From Octopus sinensis (lineage: Eukaryota), in NCBI RefSeq assembly GCF_006345805.1, contig NC_043005.1, positions 82,584,001-82,648,000 on the forward strand: DNA of 64,000 nucleotides. The letters are read 5' to 3'. Positions 12,739 to 24,799 of this stretch are shown here, one piece after another. The notes below the pieces were generated by a model that had not been told where the DNA came from, made no database searches, and saw only the letters and a program-made list of their open reading frames with translations. Position 1 is the stretch's first letter. Every line of letters begins with the position of its first letter. Position numbers and translations under genes: made by a program.

Positions 12739-12807
12739 ATGATTTCTGTCTCCCTGTGCTTCTGCACTGTGAATGGCATTTCTTACTTTACGGCCATCAC
12801 TTCTGAG
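12739..12807 (+). CDS. Candidate isolated 69-nt exon (MISVSLCFCTVNGISYFTAITSE), product unknown
   Basis: Acceptor ccatctccacAG, donor GAG|GTGAGT, length a multiple of 3, open only in phase 0; no homology recognised. Confidence 0.25.
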
Positions 12808-13069
12808 GTGAGTAGAGTATTCAGTGCCGTTGCAGATCTGTATGGTTTGAAACAAACGTAATCGAGGAGAGTTGTAACTTAGTATGCACTATTTCCACCT
12901 GCTTAGTTCTTTTCATTTTGCCACTCTTCTGTTGCCATCTTTTAGAAGATGGGATGACAAATGAGGTGGCCACAAAGGGACATCTGTACGTCATTGCATT
13001 ATACTGATAAGCGCTGATAAGTGTGTATCGTTGGCGCTGATAAGTGTGTATACTGAAAAGTGCGTATCA

Positions 13070-13262
13070 TTGGCGATTCTCTTTCTCCGTCTTCCCTTTC
13101 TTGGACTTTTCCTTTCTGCTATATTTCTGATGAAGAACTCCACTCGTTAGATCCTCCTTCTTTCTTTCCTTTCCTGAGCATCCAATAACGCTATACTTGC
13201 TCCACGTCCTCGCGTTATTGTGTTTTGTCTTTGTTCACGTTTTTTGGATTAACTACATAAAT
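13070..13262 (+). mobile_element. PLE pseudo-LTR fragment with broken hammerhead (CTGATGA at about 13126, GAAAC lost)
   Basis: tttctgatgaagaactccactcgtt...ttcctgagcatccaata parallels 47905-47970; ends at (TA)n. Confidence 0.6.
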
Positions 13263-14026
13263 ATATATATGTATATACATATATATATATATATACATAC
13301 ATACACGGATATATATATACAAAAACATACATACATATATGAGTGTGTGCATGTGTGTGTTTGTGTAGTTAATTTTCCATAATATACCTAGTATATTTTC
13401 AGTATTTACCTATTGGTATTGATGTTTACTAATACTTGCAAATAATCCTACTTCTTAATCACAAACGGATATCTTTTATACTTTCAGAGAAGCAAGAATC
13501 GGTACAGTCTGCAAAAACCGTTATAGCCATATTTTGCAAACACCATTATGACGCCGGCCATTAGAGAATAAACTGAGCGTTTTAGCCCACTTCCGCAAGC
13601 TTTTGTAGTAATTCATTCCTTTATACTAATGAGCGGAACATTTCTTTTGGTTTTCACATGTAAATCTGAATCGATTTTTTATCACTAAGGCGTCTGATCA
13701 AACTACAATTTTACCGAGACTTGTAAATACCCGTGCTTGCAACGCTTAGCATTTTGAAGTATTCGAATTCTGTAGCTATACTTATGTGTTACATCTGTAG
13801 AAGCGATATTACTATACATTCGCTCTTTCAAACAACCTGTGGTTTATTATCCATATTAGCAATATTTACTTCCCGAATATTCTGACTATTGAATGGTGCA
13901 CAATTATGGCATTGAATCATGATTATTATATTTGCCATTAATATCATTTCAATGCGTACCATATTCAATATATAAATATACATACATACATACATACATT
14001 ATATATACATATATATATATATATAT

Positions 14027-14088
<62 letters not shown>

Positions 14089-14114
14089 AACACACACACA
14101 CACATATATATATA

Positions 14115-14146
<32 letters not shown>

Positions 14147-14197
14147 ATACACACACATATATATTTATATATATATATATTATATATATATATATAT

Positions 14198-14239
<42 letters not shown>

Positions 14240-14714
14240 ATATATGTATGTATAAACAAACCAACGTTCGTAGAGTTTATGCTCTGACGATTTGTTCATT
14301 ACTTTGCCACCTTCATATTCCGCAATAAAAGAGCAAACGGAAGAACACATAATACACAGCCTCAATGTATTCATACACAAGCGATCATGTGTTACTAAAT
14401 AGTTTACTATCAAATTTCTCGATCTCGATTGGCTGTCGAAATCACAGTTAGCATTAAATGACTATGTGATAGATTCCCAGATATTCTGCGATCCATATTT
14501 TTATTATCTATACTTCGAGTAAATGCTTAATACTGATATACTGGGGCCGAAATATACTAATGCCGTTCTACCACGAGAATCAGTATTGTGGTCAGAGAAA
14601 ATAGGTGGCTATTAAAATGGGAAAGGGGACAATTTAGCTAAAATGTTACGTCACAACGCAACGATTTACCCTATTTTCAACCAAATTCGGTAATCGCCAT
14701 TCCATATTTAGTTT

Positions 14715-14955
14715 CCTTTCATCTTTTCTTTTATCTTTTACTTGATTCAGTCGTTCGTCTGCGGCCATGTTTGCATCGCCGCCTGCAATGGTTTGGTTGA
14801 ACAAATCTACACCATTTATTTATTTAGTTAGTTTTAAATCTAGTAATTATTCTATCATTTATATTCCGAACCACTAGGTTACGGGGATGTTAACAAACAA
14901 ACAACGCAGTGGGAGTGGCAAGTACGAAACCACACAGATAGGTACACACACACAC

Positions 14956-14970
<15 letters not shown>
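14715..14970 (-). mobile_element. SINE family A tail/body fragment
   Basis: ttttatcttttacttgattcagtc...cggccatg...gaaccactaggttacggggatgttaacaaac resembles 48830-49060. Confidence 0.7.
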
Positions 14971-15014
<44 letters not shown>

Positions 15015-15036
15015 ATATGTATATATATATATACAT

Positions 15037-15067
<31 letters not shown>

Positions 15068-15248
15068 GTATATATATATATATATATATAAATATATACT
15101 TATATATATATTTATATATTATATATATATATAATATATAATATATATATATATAATATATATATATACTTGGTAAATTGATTAATTAATTAATTTTACC
15201 CTCAATTGTTGAAATATATATATATATATATATATAATATAATATATA

Positions 15249-15288
<40 letters not shown>

Positions 15289-15348
15289 ATATCTGTGTGG
15301 TTTCGTACTTGCCACTCCCACTGCGTTGTTTGTTTGTTAACATCCCCG
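14882..15348. repeat. Inverted repeat A: arms 14882-14971 and 15254-15348 around a (TA)n spacer
   Basis: cggggatgttaacaaacaaacaacgcagtgggagtggcaagtacgaaaccacacagat and its reverse complement; one substitution seen. Confidence 0.95.
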
Positions 15349-15790
15349 GACCGGGTTGCGCATTGTGTTCTTGAGCAAGACACTTTATTTCACGTTGTTC
15401 CAGTTCACTCAGCTGTAGAAATGAGTTGCGACGTCGCAGGTGCCAAAAGCTGTATCGGCCTTTGCCTTTCCCTTGGATAACACTGGTGGCGCGGAGAGGA
15501 GAGGCCGGTATGAGAATTTACAAAAAAGACGGCTGCGTAGACGACAAACAGGTATATTAGTTTAACGCTCGGGAAGTGAGAAAGTCTTTTACGTTTCGAG
15601 CCTACGCTTTTCGACAGAGAGGAACACAAAATAAACACGGAGAGAAAATAATAAAAGTATAGTGGTTGGCGATCTATTATATATATATATATTATATATA
15701 TATATATATAGATATACATATACATATGTATATATATATATATATAGATATATATATATATATATATATATAGATATACATATACATATG

Positions 15791-15822
<32 letters not shown>

Positions 15823-16187
15823 TATATATATATATATATATATAATTATATATAATAGATCGCCAACCACTATACTTTTATTATTTTCTCTCCGTGTTTA
15901 TTTTGTGTTCCTCTCTGTCGAAAAGCGTAGGCTCGAAACGTAAAAGACTTTCTCACTTCCCGAGCGTTAAACTAATATATCTGTTTGTTGTCTACGCAGC
16001 CGTCTTTTTTGGTAAATTCTCATACCGGCCTCTCCTCTCTGCGCCACCAGTGTTATCCAAGGGAAAGGCAAAGGCCGATACAGCTTTTGGCACCTGCGAC
16101 GTCGCAACTCATTTCTACAGCTGAGTGAACTGGAACAACGTGAAATAAAGTGTCTTGCTCAAGAACACAATGCGCAACCCGGTCCGG
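15346..16187. repeat. Inverted repeat B: about 340-bp arms 15346-15685 and 15848-16187 around a (TA)n spacer; each arm is a SINE segment plus a PLE pseudo-LTR
   Basis: By-eye alignment shows 3 transitions and 1 indel between the arms. Confidence 0.95.
15910..15948 (+). ncRNA. Degenerate minimal hammerhead motif (mirror copy 15584-15622, minus)
   Basis: CTGTCGA a aagc gtag gctc GAAACGTA aaagac; A6 substituted, helix I and II imperfect. Confidence 0.5.
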
Positions 16188-16529
16188 ATTTCAAATTAGA
16201 AGTACAAAAGGGAACGTCTCTCAATAGTTTATTCATATATATAACAAAAATGTATGTTTAGAGACAGAACCACCCTAAAGGTATTATACCCGACCGAGCC
16301 ATAAAATATTAAATATGATACTATATCTATTCAGAATCCCATACTTTCCATTTTAAAGACAACACGTGTTTCATGACAGTATGTCGGTATTGTTGAGATA
16401 TAAGGTCTCTAGTTTCAATATTCAATTAGATCGACGTACTCCCAATCTTCAAGTCTGTACTCTACACATTTATTACTCTATCTACATCCTATATAACTCT
16501 ATGATAATTGAAATTATTTGATTAATAAT

Positions 16530-16765
16530 CGTTAACCTAATTTTACTTTACAAATTAATGAAGAAAAACGACCATCTTTGGTTTCAAGATGAAAGGTGCT
16601 CTTCCATCAGGATAATGTTCGGCCACATACATCGAGGACGACATTCCAAACGCTGGAGCAGTTTGAATGAGAAATGATTACCCAACCAACAAACATATTC
16701 GCCTGAAATTGCCCCATCTGATTATCAGTTATTCCACAGTCTTCAAACTCATTTGGACGGAATAT
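16530..16765 (+). mobile_element. Mariner transposase catalytic-domain fragment, related to 1880-2625
   Basis: EKRPSLVS...LFHQDNVRPHT...YSPEIAPSDYQLFHSLQTHLDG. Confidence 0.85.
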
Positions 16766-16912
16766 ATATATATATATATATATACAATGTAGTTCACAGG
16801 TGATCTAAACGATTAGGTACGCTAGGTAAGTGCTGTAACGAATTACTGCGGCTCCAAGATTATAGCCGGGACGGTAGTTATGGAGCCATTGCAGATTTTC
16901 GATGCAGAGTAT

Positions 16913-17415
16913 ATATAAGTTGTTAAAGAGAATAGTAACCATTAAGGCAAAGCAAACATCTCAACTCGTATACGATATTATTATAGTAAAAATTTTAAAC
17001 CTTACAGCTGTTTCTGGGATATCCCAGCGTATGGGATACTCTATCATCAGAGAGAAATAGAAAAAATAGAGAAAATGAGAATGGTATATATTAATAAGAT
17101 GACGACATAGAGGTAGGGAGTAAAAGAATACGAAGATGGAATGAAAGAAGAAAAAGAAGCATAAAAGTTTATAGTTCAACTTTCCTAAGTTATAGAAAGC
17201 AGAGCAGGAGTCCTTAGGTGCACTCTTGCGTAGATCCTTAGGTGTATTTCTGCGTATATCCATGTGGGTTAAAAACATGATATAGTAGACATCCTCGGAG
17301 ATATTCCAGAAACAGGTGTAAGATTCTAAATTTCGTCCTATAATGATATTGTATACGACTGGCGATGTTTGCCTTGCCTAATGTTTACTGTCCTGTTTAA
17401 CAATTATATGTATAT
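16913..17415 (-). mobile_element. About 500-bp non-coding PLE-like element with diverged inverted terminal arms (16913-17025 and about 17297-17412), each carrying hammerhead sequence
   Basis: The reverse complement of the right arm (atataattgttaaacaggacagtaaacattaggcaaggcaaacatc...cttacacctgtttctggaatatc) aligns with the left arm (ataagttgttaaagagaatagtaaccattaaggcaaagcaaacatc...cttacagctgtttctgggatatc). Confidence 0.7.
17000..17053 (-). ncRNA. Minimal type-I hammerhead ribozyme motif; core intact, base of helix II mismatched
   Basis: tct CTGATGA taga gtatccca tacgc tgggatat ccca GAA ACAGCTGT A agg; palindromic helix III ACAGCTGT, GUA cleavage triplet. Confidence 0.7.
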
Positions 17416-18009
17416 ATATAAAGTATACATATATATTAATTAGAAATATATAAATATAGATAGATAGATATGTGCAGAGAGCTTCCACGCTGTTTCCTTC
17501 TATCAAATTCACGCACATGACATTTAGTTGACACGGGACTATAGTAAGAGACTTTTGTCCAAGATACACTGTGGAAGTGAACCTGAAAAAACTTGACTGC
17601 AATGGGAGCTTCCTAACTATACAGCCATATAAAACAAGCATAATAAATCTCATTCCAATTGCTTTGGAAAGAATATAATTAGTTTTGGAGTGGATAAATG
17701 AGAACGTATTTTAAATAGAACATCCAATGCGTTACCCAATTAACATGTGTTTTAAGTTTCATTTTATAGCCGTATGAATAATGATAATTACTATTACATA
17801 GATTCTCAGAGCGGAATATTTTTTTAACGTATTCTACCTGTCGGACATCAACATAAATTGCAGTTATGATAATTTTTAAAAACTTTTAAAACGGATGCAG
17901 TTATATGCTTCAAGGTAACGGCAAGATTCAGAATAATTTGTCGATATATTTCTTGTAGTTATGTTAATTGAATTATTAATTATTTGACTAAGGTAGCAAG
18001 AAGGCAAAT

Positions 18010-18086
18010 TTGTTAGAGAGCGTCCGAACAAATGCTTAGCCGTACTTTTCTGTCTTTTTTACATCCTGAGTTCAAATACGAGGTGG
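18010..18086 (+). mobile_element. SINE family C head, truncated by the adjacent mariner
   Basis: gttagagagcgtccgaacaaatgcttagccgtac...ctgagttcaaat matches the head at 62241. Confidence 0.7.
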
Positions 18087-19115
18087 TCTCAAAGGGATCC
18101 CGGACTAGTGCTGTAGCCACCATAAGATGGCAGTACACGGTTGCGTGCGCAGTGAGAGCTAGTAAGTGACATTCATGAGGCAGTGTTCCCAGTGACATCA
18201 CTGTGTTTGCTTAGCAAGTTGTGGAATTTGTGTTTTTGTGAGCATGAGCAGGAAGTTAGAACAAAGAGCCAACGTGAAATTTTACATTAAACATGGGAAG
18301 CCTGCTACATTGACATTGAGCATGCTTCGGCAAGCTTACGGCCACAAGGCAATGGGACGTACGCACTGTTTTGAGTGACACGGACGCTTCAAAAGGGGAA
18401 GAACGTCTCCAGAAGACGATGAGTGATCTGGAAGACCTTCCAGGAGCGTTTCCCCCGGAGATGCGGAGAAAATTCATTAACGCTTGCATAAGGAACGTCG
18501 GCGTACAATCAATGATATTGCCATGTTGCTAGTTTGTCATATGGGTCAGTGCAGGCAAACTTAACGTCTGAATGGAACATACGGCGTGTCTCAGACAAGT
18601 TTGTGCCTCGGCTGCTGACCACTGAGGAGAAAGAACATCGCTGGGTCTACGGGTACAACCCTGAGACGAAGCAGCAGTTGTCAGAATGGAAGAGCCCACG
18701 CAGCAGCTCAGTTAAGAGGATCATGCTCATCGTTTTTTCTTTGTTTAAACATCCGCGGTTTTGTGCATCGAGAATTCGTCCCCAAGAGAAGGACAGTCGA
18801 TCGAGAATATCTACTGCGACGTATTGAGGCGTTTGAGGAGGGGGCATACAGCGAAATCGATCGGATGTGTGTAGGGCGCGAAGACTTGGATTCTTCACAA
18901 CAATGCACCCTGTTACTGATCTCTCCTCACTTGTGGGTTTTTTGCCAAAAGCCACGTGGTATCGCTTTCACCTGCGGACATTAAGCTCTTCTCCAAGAAA
19001 ATGCAGCTCAAAGGTCGCGGTTTTAACACAGTTGGCAAGATCCAGAGCGAATTGCAGGAGAACCTCGACTTGCTGACGGAACACGACTTCCAAGCTGGAT
19101 TCGAAAAGTGGCAGG
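18087..19115 (+). mobile_element. Mariner transposon relic (irritans-like), 5' TIR present, 3' end truncated
   Basis: TA-cgaggtggtctcaaag start; MSRKLEQRANVKF...RQAYG...FKRGRTSPEDDE.SGRP; KFVPRLLT, VYGYNPETKQQLSEW, REFVPK, SPADI. Confidence 0.88.
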
Positions 19116-19454
19116 AACATGCTTTACCAATAACGTTATAGTTGTCTATCTCCTCATCCTTTTGGAGATTTTAGGCAAAATTATACTAAAATGTCCTAAT
19201 TTAATTAAATTCTTTGCCTTTGTGCAGCTGAAGATTGCTCTTTATTTTAAATTGTTGTAATGAAATAATTGCTTTATTCAATTAAATAGAGTCGCTTGAA
19301 ACGATCGTACTGCATTACCTCTGGATATCTTTGTTGCTTATTTTGATTTTAATCACCTTATTTTGAAATTGTATGCATAATACCGTACTTAATTGTAGTG
19401 TCTCAACTTAAGTATTAAGTACCATATTCCTCTGAATAAATATATATATATTCA

Positions 19455-19615
<161 letters not shown>

Positions 19616-20507
19616 ACGACAGATTTCTTTCACTTTCCGCCTACCAAATCTTCTCACATATATAACTAAAGTACATTTGCTTATTAACGAAGGCCTGGAA
19701 CAGCGTAATTTAAAACAAGGACTGCTAAATTATTTCCTTTATGGCACACGATTTTTTAAGGTTTAAAAAACGTCCGAAAGACACCCGGATGTTAGATATA
19801 TCAATTATCTCCCTTGAAGTCATCTGTTCTCATGTAATATGTCATCCTTTGTGATGAGTTGTGATTATTCTTAAATCTCAGGTATTATACGTAATTAAAT
19901 TGGAAAGTCAGGCCATGTACTACAAAGAAACATAAAGAGAGAAGTCATTACTGCCTGTAATAACACTTATATGATAAAACATTGACTGAGTATGTGTGTT
20001 TTTTCAGCCTCTGCTCCTACTCACATCTTATTTCCCATAAGCATTTAGTCTTCATAAATTTAATGCAGAAAATCCAATAACACGTAATATATTTATTCAT
20101 ATGTACAGATTATATTTGATTTGCGACTGACGCTACAATTTCGGGATTAAAAATATTCCATGATGGCGAATTCCTCTATCGATAATTCTACAACATGAAA
20201 TATAATCAGTTTAAGTAAATAATCGATGTATAAGGAGCAATATAAATCATCAAAAATAATATCGAGACGTCCACTACGAATCCTTTATCATCTTTAAACA
20301 TAATTCTCAGCAACGTCAAATAGCAGGAACGGATATTGACAAAATATAATATAAATACTGGCAAATATCTTATGGCAAATATGCGTAAACCAAAGTGAAT
20401 ATACAAGACATGAATCCCAAATCTACAAACACACATTCGTATAAACATTATTGATGTTAGATACCTATATAAGTTGATATATATATCTATGCGTGTGCAT
20501 AGGTCAA

Positions 20508-20555
<48 letters not shown>

Positions 20556-21046
20556 CATACATACATATACATATATAAAATTATAGACCTATATACATTC
20601 ATATATATATATATATATTAAAAACGCATATGCAAATATATATATATATGAGTATATATATATACATACATGTATATATATATAGATACATGCATGCACA
20701 TATTTGTGTGCGTGCGACTGTGTATGTATATATATATGCATGAATACCTCTCAAATCCATAAATATATTGTAACTGATACATACTTTGTTGGAATAAGAA
20801 ACAAATTGATAATCGCCAAGCGAAGAGAATCTTATTTGAATATCTTCAATTTAGTTAAAATATCGATTCTTATTGGATAGTTCAATTTCGAGTTATAATC
20901 CATCTGTGTATTATTTCCTCGTTTTCAACCTGCTGATTGAATTAAATCATTTCTAAAAGTTTTACCTGTGATGCAGTATTATCTTTAGTAAAGACAACAC
21001 TTATACTGGTTTGTGATTGTTGTTCTAGTCATATATACAACTAAAT

Positions 21047-22220
21047 ATTGGTTTGAAATTTTGGCGGAAAGCCAGCAGTTTCGCGGAAGCGACTAAGTCA
21101 ATTAGATCGACCCCCAGCTTTCAGCTGGTACTTATTTTATTGACCCCGAAAGGATGAAATGCAAATTCGACTTCGAAGGAATCTGACCTCAAAACGTAAA
21201 GTCGGACGAAATGCTAAGCACCTTGCCCAGCGCGTTAACGATTCTGCCACCTCGCCACCTTAACATAGACTAAATATTAAAACTAACGTTGGTTTCATGA
21301 ATTGGAATAGGTTTATAATTTATATATGTATGATATATACTCGATTGGATCGACTCTAATATGGACCTTTTTATATTATGTTGATTGTGGCATGATTAAA
21401 TACAAAATGGCTGTAATGTTAAGAACAACAGCAACATCAACAGAAATAATAACAATTTAGCACAAGTCACGCAGATTTGAGGAGGACTAGTTATTCGATG
21501 CAACCGAATACAATAACTGATTGGTATTTTATTTTTATTGGAGTCTGGAGACCCGAAAGATACTGTTGACCTCATCAGGATCTGAACTCAGAACACAAAG
21601 ATCAAGAACAAATGTCGTTTATAATTGAACAAAATTCAAGTCACACTTTTGGCCAAATTAGTAGTGGACAACATCGATCAAGTACTGGACATTTAATCGA
21701 TCGGCCTCAATAAGGTGAAATGTAAATTTGAGTTGGGCAGAATTTAAACCCAGAATTTGAAGAATCAGAACAAATGGCGCTTAATACGTCTTCCGATGCC
21801 TTAACGATTCTGCTAACAAAAATAAATATAATTTTTTAAATTCTAATTTTGACACAAAGCCAGCAATTGTAGGCGGAAGGGGTTAGTCAATTATACTGAC
21901 CCCATGGCCCCATTTGTATATATTTTATCGAATCTGAAATGTCAATCTGTAGGAATTGAACTCAGAGTGAAGATAAAGCACCGGAAGAAATGCCTGTAAG
22001 CATTTTGTCTAGTGCCATAACGACTCTGCCAATAATAATAATGGTTTCTAATATACAGAGAGGGACTGAAATTTGGGGTAGCGCGTAGGTTGATTACATG
22101 GATTTACACTCCTAGATTGGCACTCATTTTTATCGACCCAGGAGGGTCAAGACGAACTTGACTTAGGTGGGATTTACACTCAAAATGTAATGAGTCTAAA
22201 CAAATACTGCAAACCATTTT
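21047..22220 (-). mobile_element. Cluster of five co-oriented diverged SINE family C copies (about 21047, 21440, 21630, 21835, 22040)
   Basis: Each repeats the order aattttggcacaaagccagca...tcgacccc...ggtact...ttattgaccccgaaaggatgaaa...gaactcagaacg...aaatgc...aacgattctgcc with heavy divergence. Confidence 0.75.
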
Positions 22221-23233
22221 CTTTATCAATTGTTCTGTACCTTAATTACACTATTGTTAATAACTGTGCAGAGTCATTTTTAGCAATTGTAATGGCATAG
22301 AATTGAATTTTAATCGAAACCAAATTATGCCATGTTCGAACGACTTTTTAGTCATCGGCACTCACAACAATTATCCAATTGGTTTGTGTTGTGTCATGAA
22401 ATACATTGGTTGTAATTTGAATTTTAAGTACATTATACAAGTTGGCTTTAAATTCATTGTAAAGCTATTGTGTTGCGAAGAAATTGCATCGCGTGAAGCA
22501 AGAATCTTTTGCATTAATGAATGTTAAAAATCTTTGATGTAATGTATGTGTGTCGAATCTAGAAATAATTTCCATTACCTGTTATTTTCAAATTATTTCG
22601 CAGCATGATGAAATTAAATTTACACAAATACAATTTTCTCACCATTTAAGCTGATGTGTAAAGTACAAATGACTGCCAGCTTTACACATGTAACTTAACT
22701 CGAGAAATTAATACAAATAAACGCAGGGCCTGGTGCCAGAAAGCTGCATTTAACATTATGCTTCTTCTAAATGTAACATTAATCAAAAGACACCAGTCCA
22801 TTATTTCCCATTTCTATTAATTCCTGCCTTGTTATCTGCCAAGTGTACAATAGATTTTCGATTATTAGAGTTGTAACAGTAACTGATGTGTGTGTGGATT
22901 AAATTAAATGTTGACTCCTACGTCGTTATCTCTCTGAATTTGCTTTTCGTATTCTCACTCTCTCTTAACACATTTTCCCTGCCTTTCAAACTCTATCTGT
23001 GTGTTTTTGTATTTCCCCAACCACGCACTCGGTTGTGATGCCATCCTCCAAAAATAATTATATAAACACAAGATAAATAAGTTTGCACACACATACACAC
23101 ACACACACATATATATATACAACTATTGTTGTTGTTGTTGTTGTTATTATTATTATTATTATTATTATATTATTATTATTATTATTATTAAGAAATAAAA
23201 AAGAAATTTTAAAAAGAAATTATTATTATTATT

Positions 23234-23323
23234 GAGTGAGAGAGCAGTGCATGCCATCAAAGTGACACTGGGGTAAAATATACGAACCCCAGTATACCCA
23301 TCATGACTACCCGTCTGATAAGG

Positions 23324-23326
<3 letters not shown>
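23234..23326 (-). mobile_element. 5'-truncated copy of the (TAA)n-embedded about 556-bp retroposon, inside a (TTA)n tract (about 23125-23410)
   Basis: gagtgagagagcagtgcatgccatcaaagtgacactggggtaaaatatacg...ccgtctgataagggta is nearly identical to 53910-54002. Confidence 0.9.
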
Positions 23327-23384
<58 letters not shown>

Positions 23385-24671
23385 CATTGCTGTTATTGTT
23401 GTTGTTATTATTTTTTATTATTTTTATTACAATTGTTTACATTTATTTTGCATGCTTGTTACAATCACTTGCCAGAACGAGCGCAGATTAAGAGATGTTA
23501 CAACATGACTGAAAGCTTCGGAATTGGAAGTGAAATATTTTCACGTAATACAACACAGACGTTTAAAATGAAAGGGTTTTTCTAAGGATATGGGCAGTAC
23601 TTGTCAGCACAATCTTTTGGGTTTCTCTGAAACGTGGTTCTCCTGAGTTGTTATCTAGCAGTTTCTGACATCTCTTTTTTATATCATACCTAGAGCATCT
23701 ACAATTACAGGGACAGTTCTCACTTTAAAATTCCACACCTTTTGTATTTCAATTTGCAGGTGCAAATTTGTCAAATACCTTTACAGATACATGTTTATCA
23801 GTTTTTATAATTAAGATCTTAGCTGTTAATGTATGAAGGGAAAGAGATAGTTGAATAAATGTAAACCTACTTTTGGGCCACCATGTATATACATGTACAC
23901 GTGTGGTTTGCGTTTGCATGTGTGTGTATGTTTAGTAAAAGTGATATAAAAACGCTGATGGCTAAATAAACAATTATAATTTTAACACATGTTAAAACAA
24001 AAGTCTTTTCAACTATTTAAGATTATCAATTTTGTGTAAGCGTTTACTTCCTATTTTCTGTTATCTCTTTTTTTTTTCTAAAGAAAAAATATTATAACGC
24101 TTCATTGTAGAGAAATAAAAAAATAAAACATAATAAGTGTGGCTACACAGCAATTCCCAGACTGTTTCTAAACGGATAAATAAACATTTAAAAACTGAAA
24201 TACTTAGTGTTGATTGAGAATTACATGCGATCTTGTTCGTTAATGTATGAAGCAACAGAGTAAGGTTATTTAAGGAGCAACAAATATTTGAGTGGAGATT
24301 CAGCAGTTGTTAATAAGATTTTCCTTCAGTTACCGTTATATCATTGACTTATATATACACATCGCTATACAAACACACACACATACATACACAATAATGT
24401 TTGCTTTTATGTTATAATAAAACCACTTTGACGTTAAACTGAAGGATTATTCATTACATTTGGTGGAATACAAACTTATTATCCTTTAACATGACTAATA
24501 TATAGACAAAGACTTCAAAGTTTCGGCCAGATAATCATATTCTTATAGGCTTCATGTTATTAAACAAGCTTAGGCAAGTAGAACAAGAAAAGCGTAGTGT
24601 TGGATGTTTGTAGCTCGGCGGGCGAAGGATCGCCGTTTTGTGCGGAAAGTTCAGGATAATGTAATGAAAAC

Positions 24672-24799
24672 TATAAAAGCCATCTCAATATAGCTAACCA
24701 CAAAGTGGGGTGTTACTAGCTGGAGACGATGATCTCCTGGGGCTAAAAAGCTACAGTAACACCCCCTTTGTGATTAGCCATATTGAGATGGCTTTTATA
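24672..24799. repeat. About 128-bp fold-back / MITE-like hairpin; loop, right arm and flank duplicated at 25071-25207
   Basis: tataaaagccatctcaatatagctaaccacaaagtggggtgttactagct vs agctacagtaacaccccctttgtgattagccatattgagatggcttttata; direct repeat 24717-24852 and 25071-25207. Confidence 0.85.

Noticed and set aside
22646-22698. Hairpin atgtgtaaag/ctttacacat as a pre-miRNA
   Set aside because: Only a 10-bp core stem with a large internal loop; no recognised mature sequence
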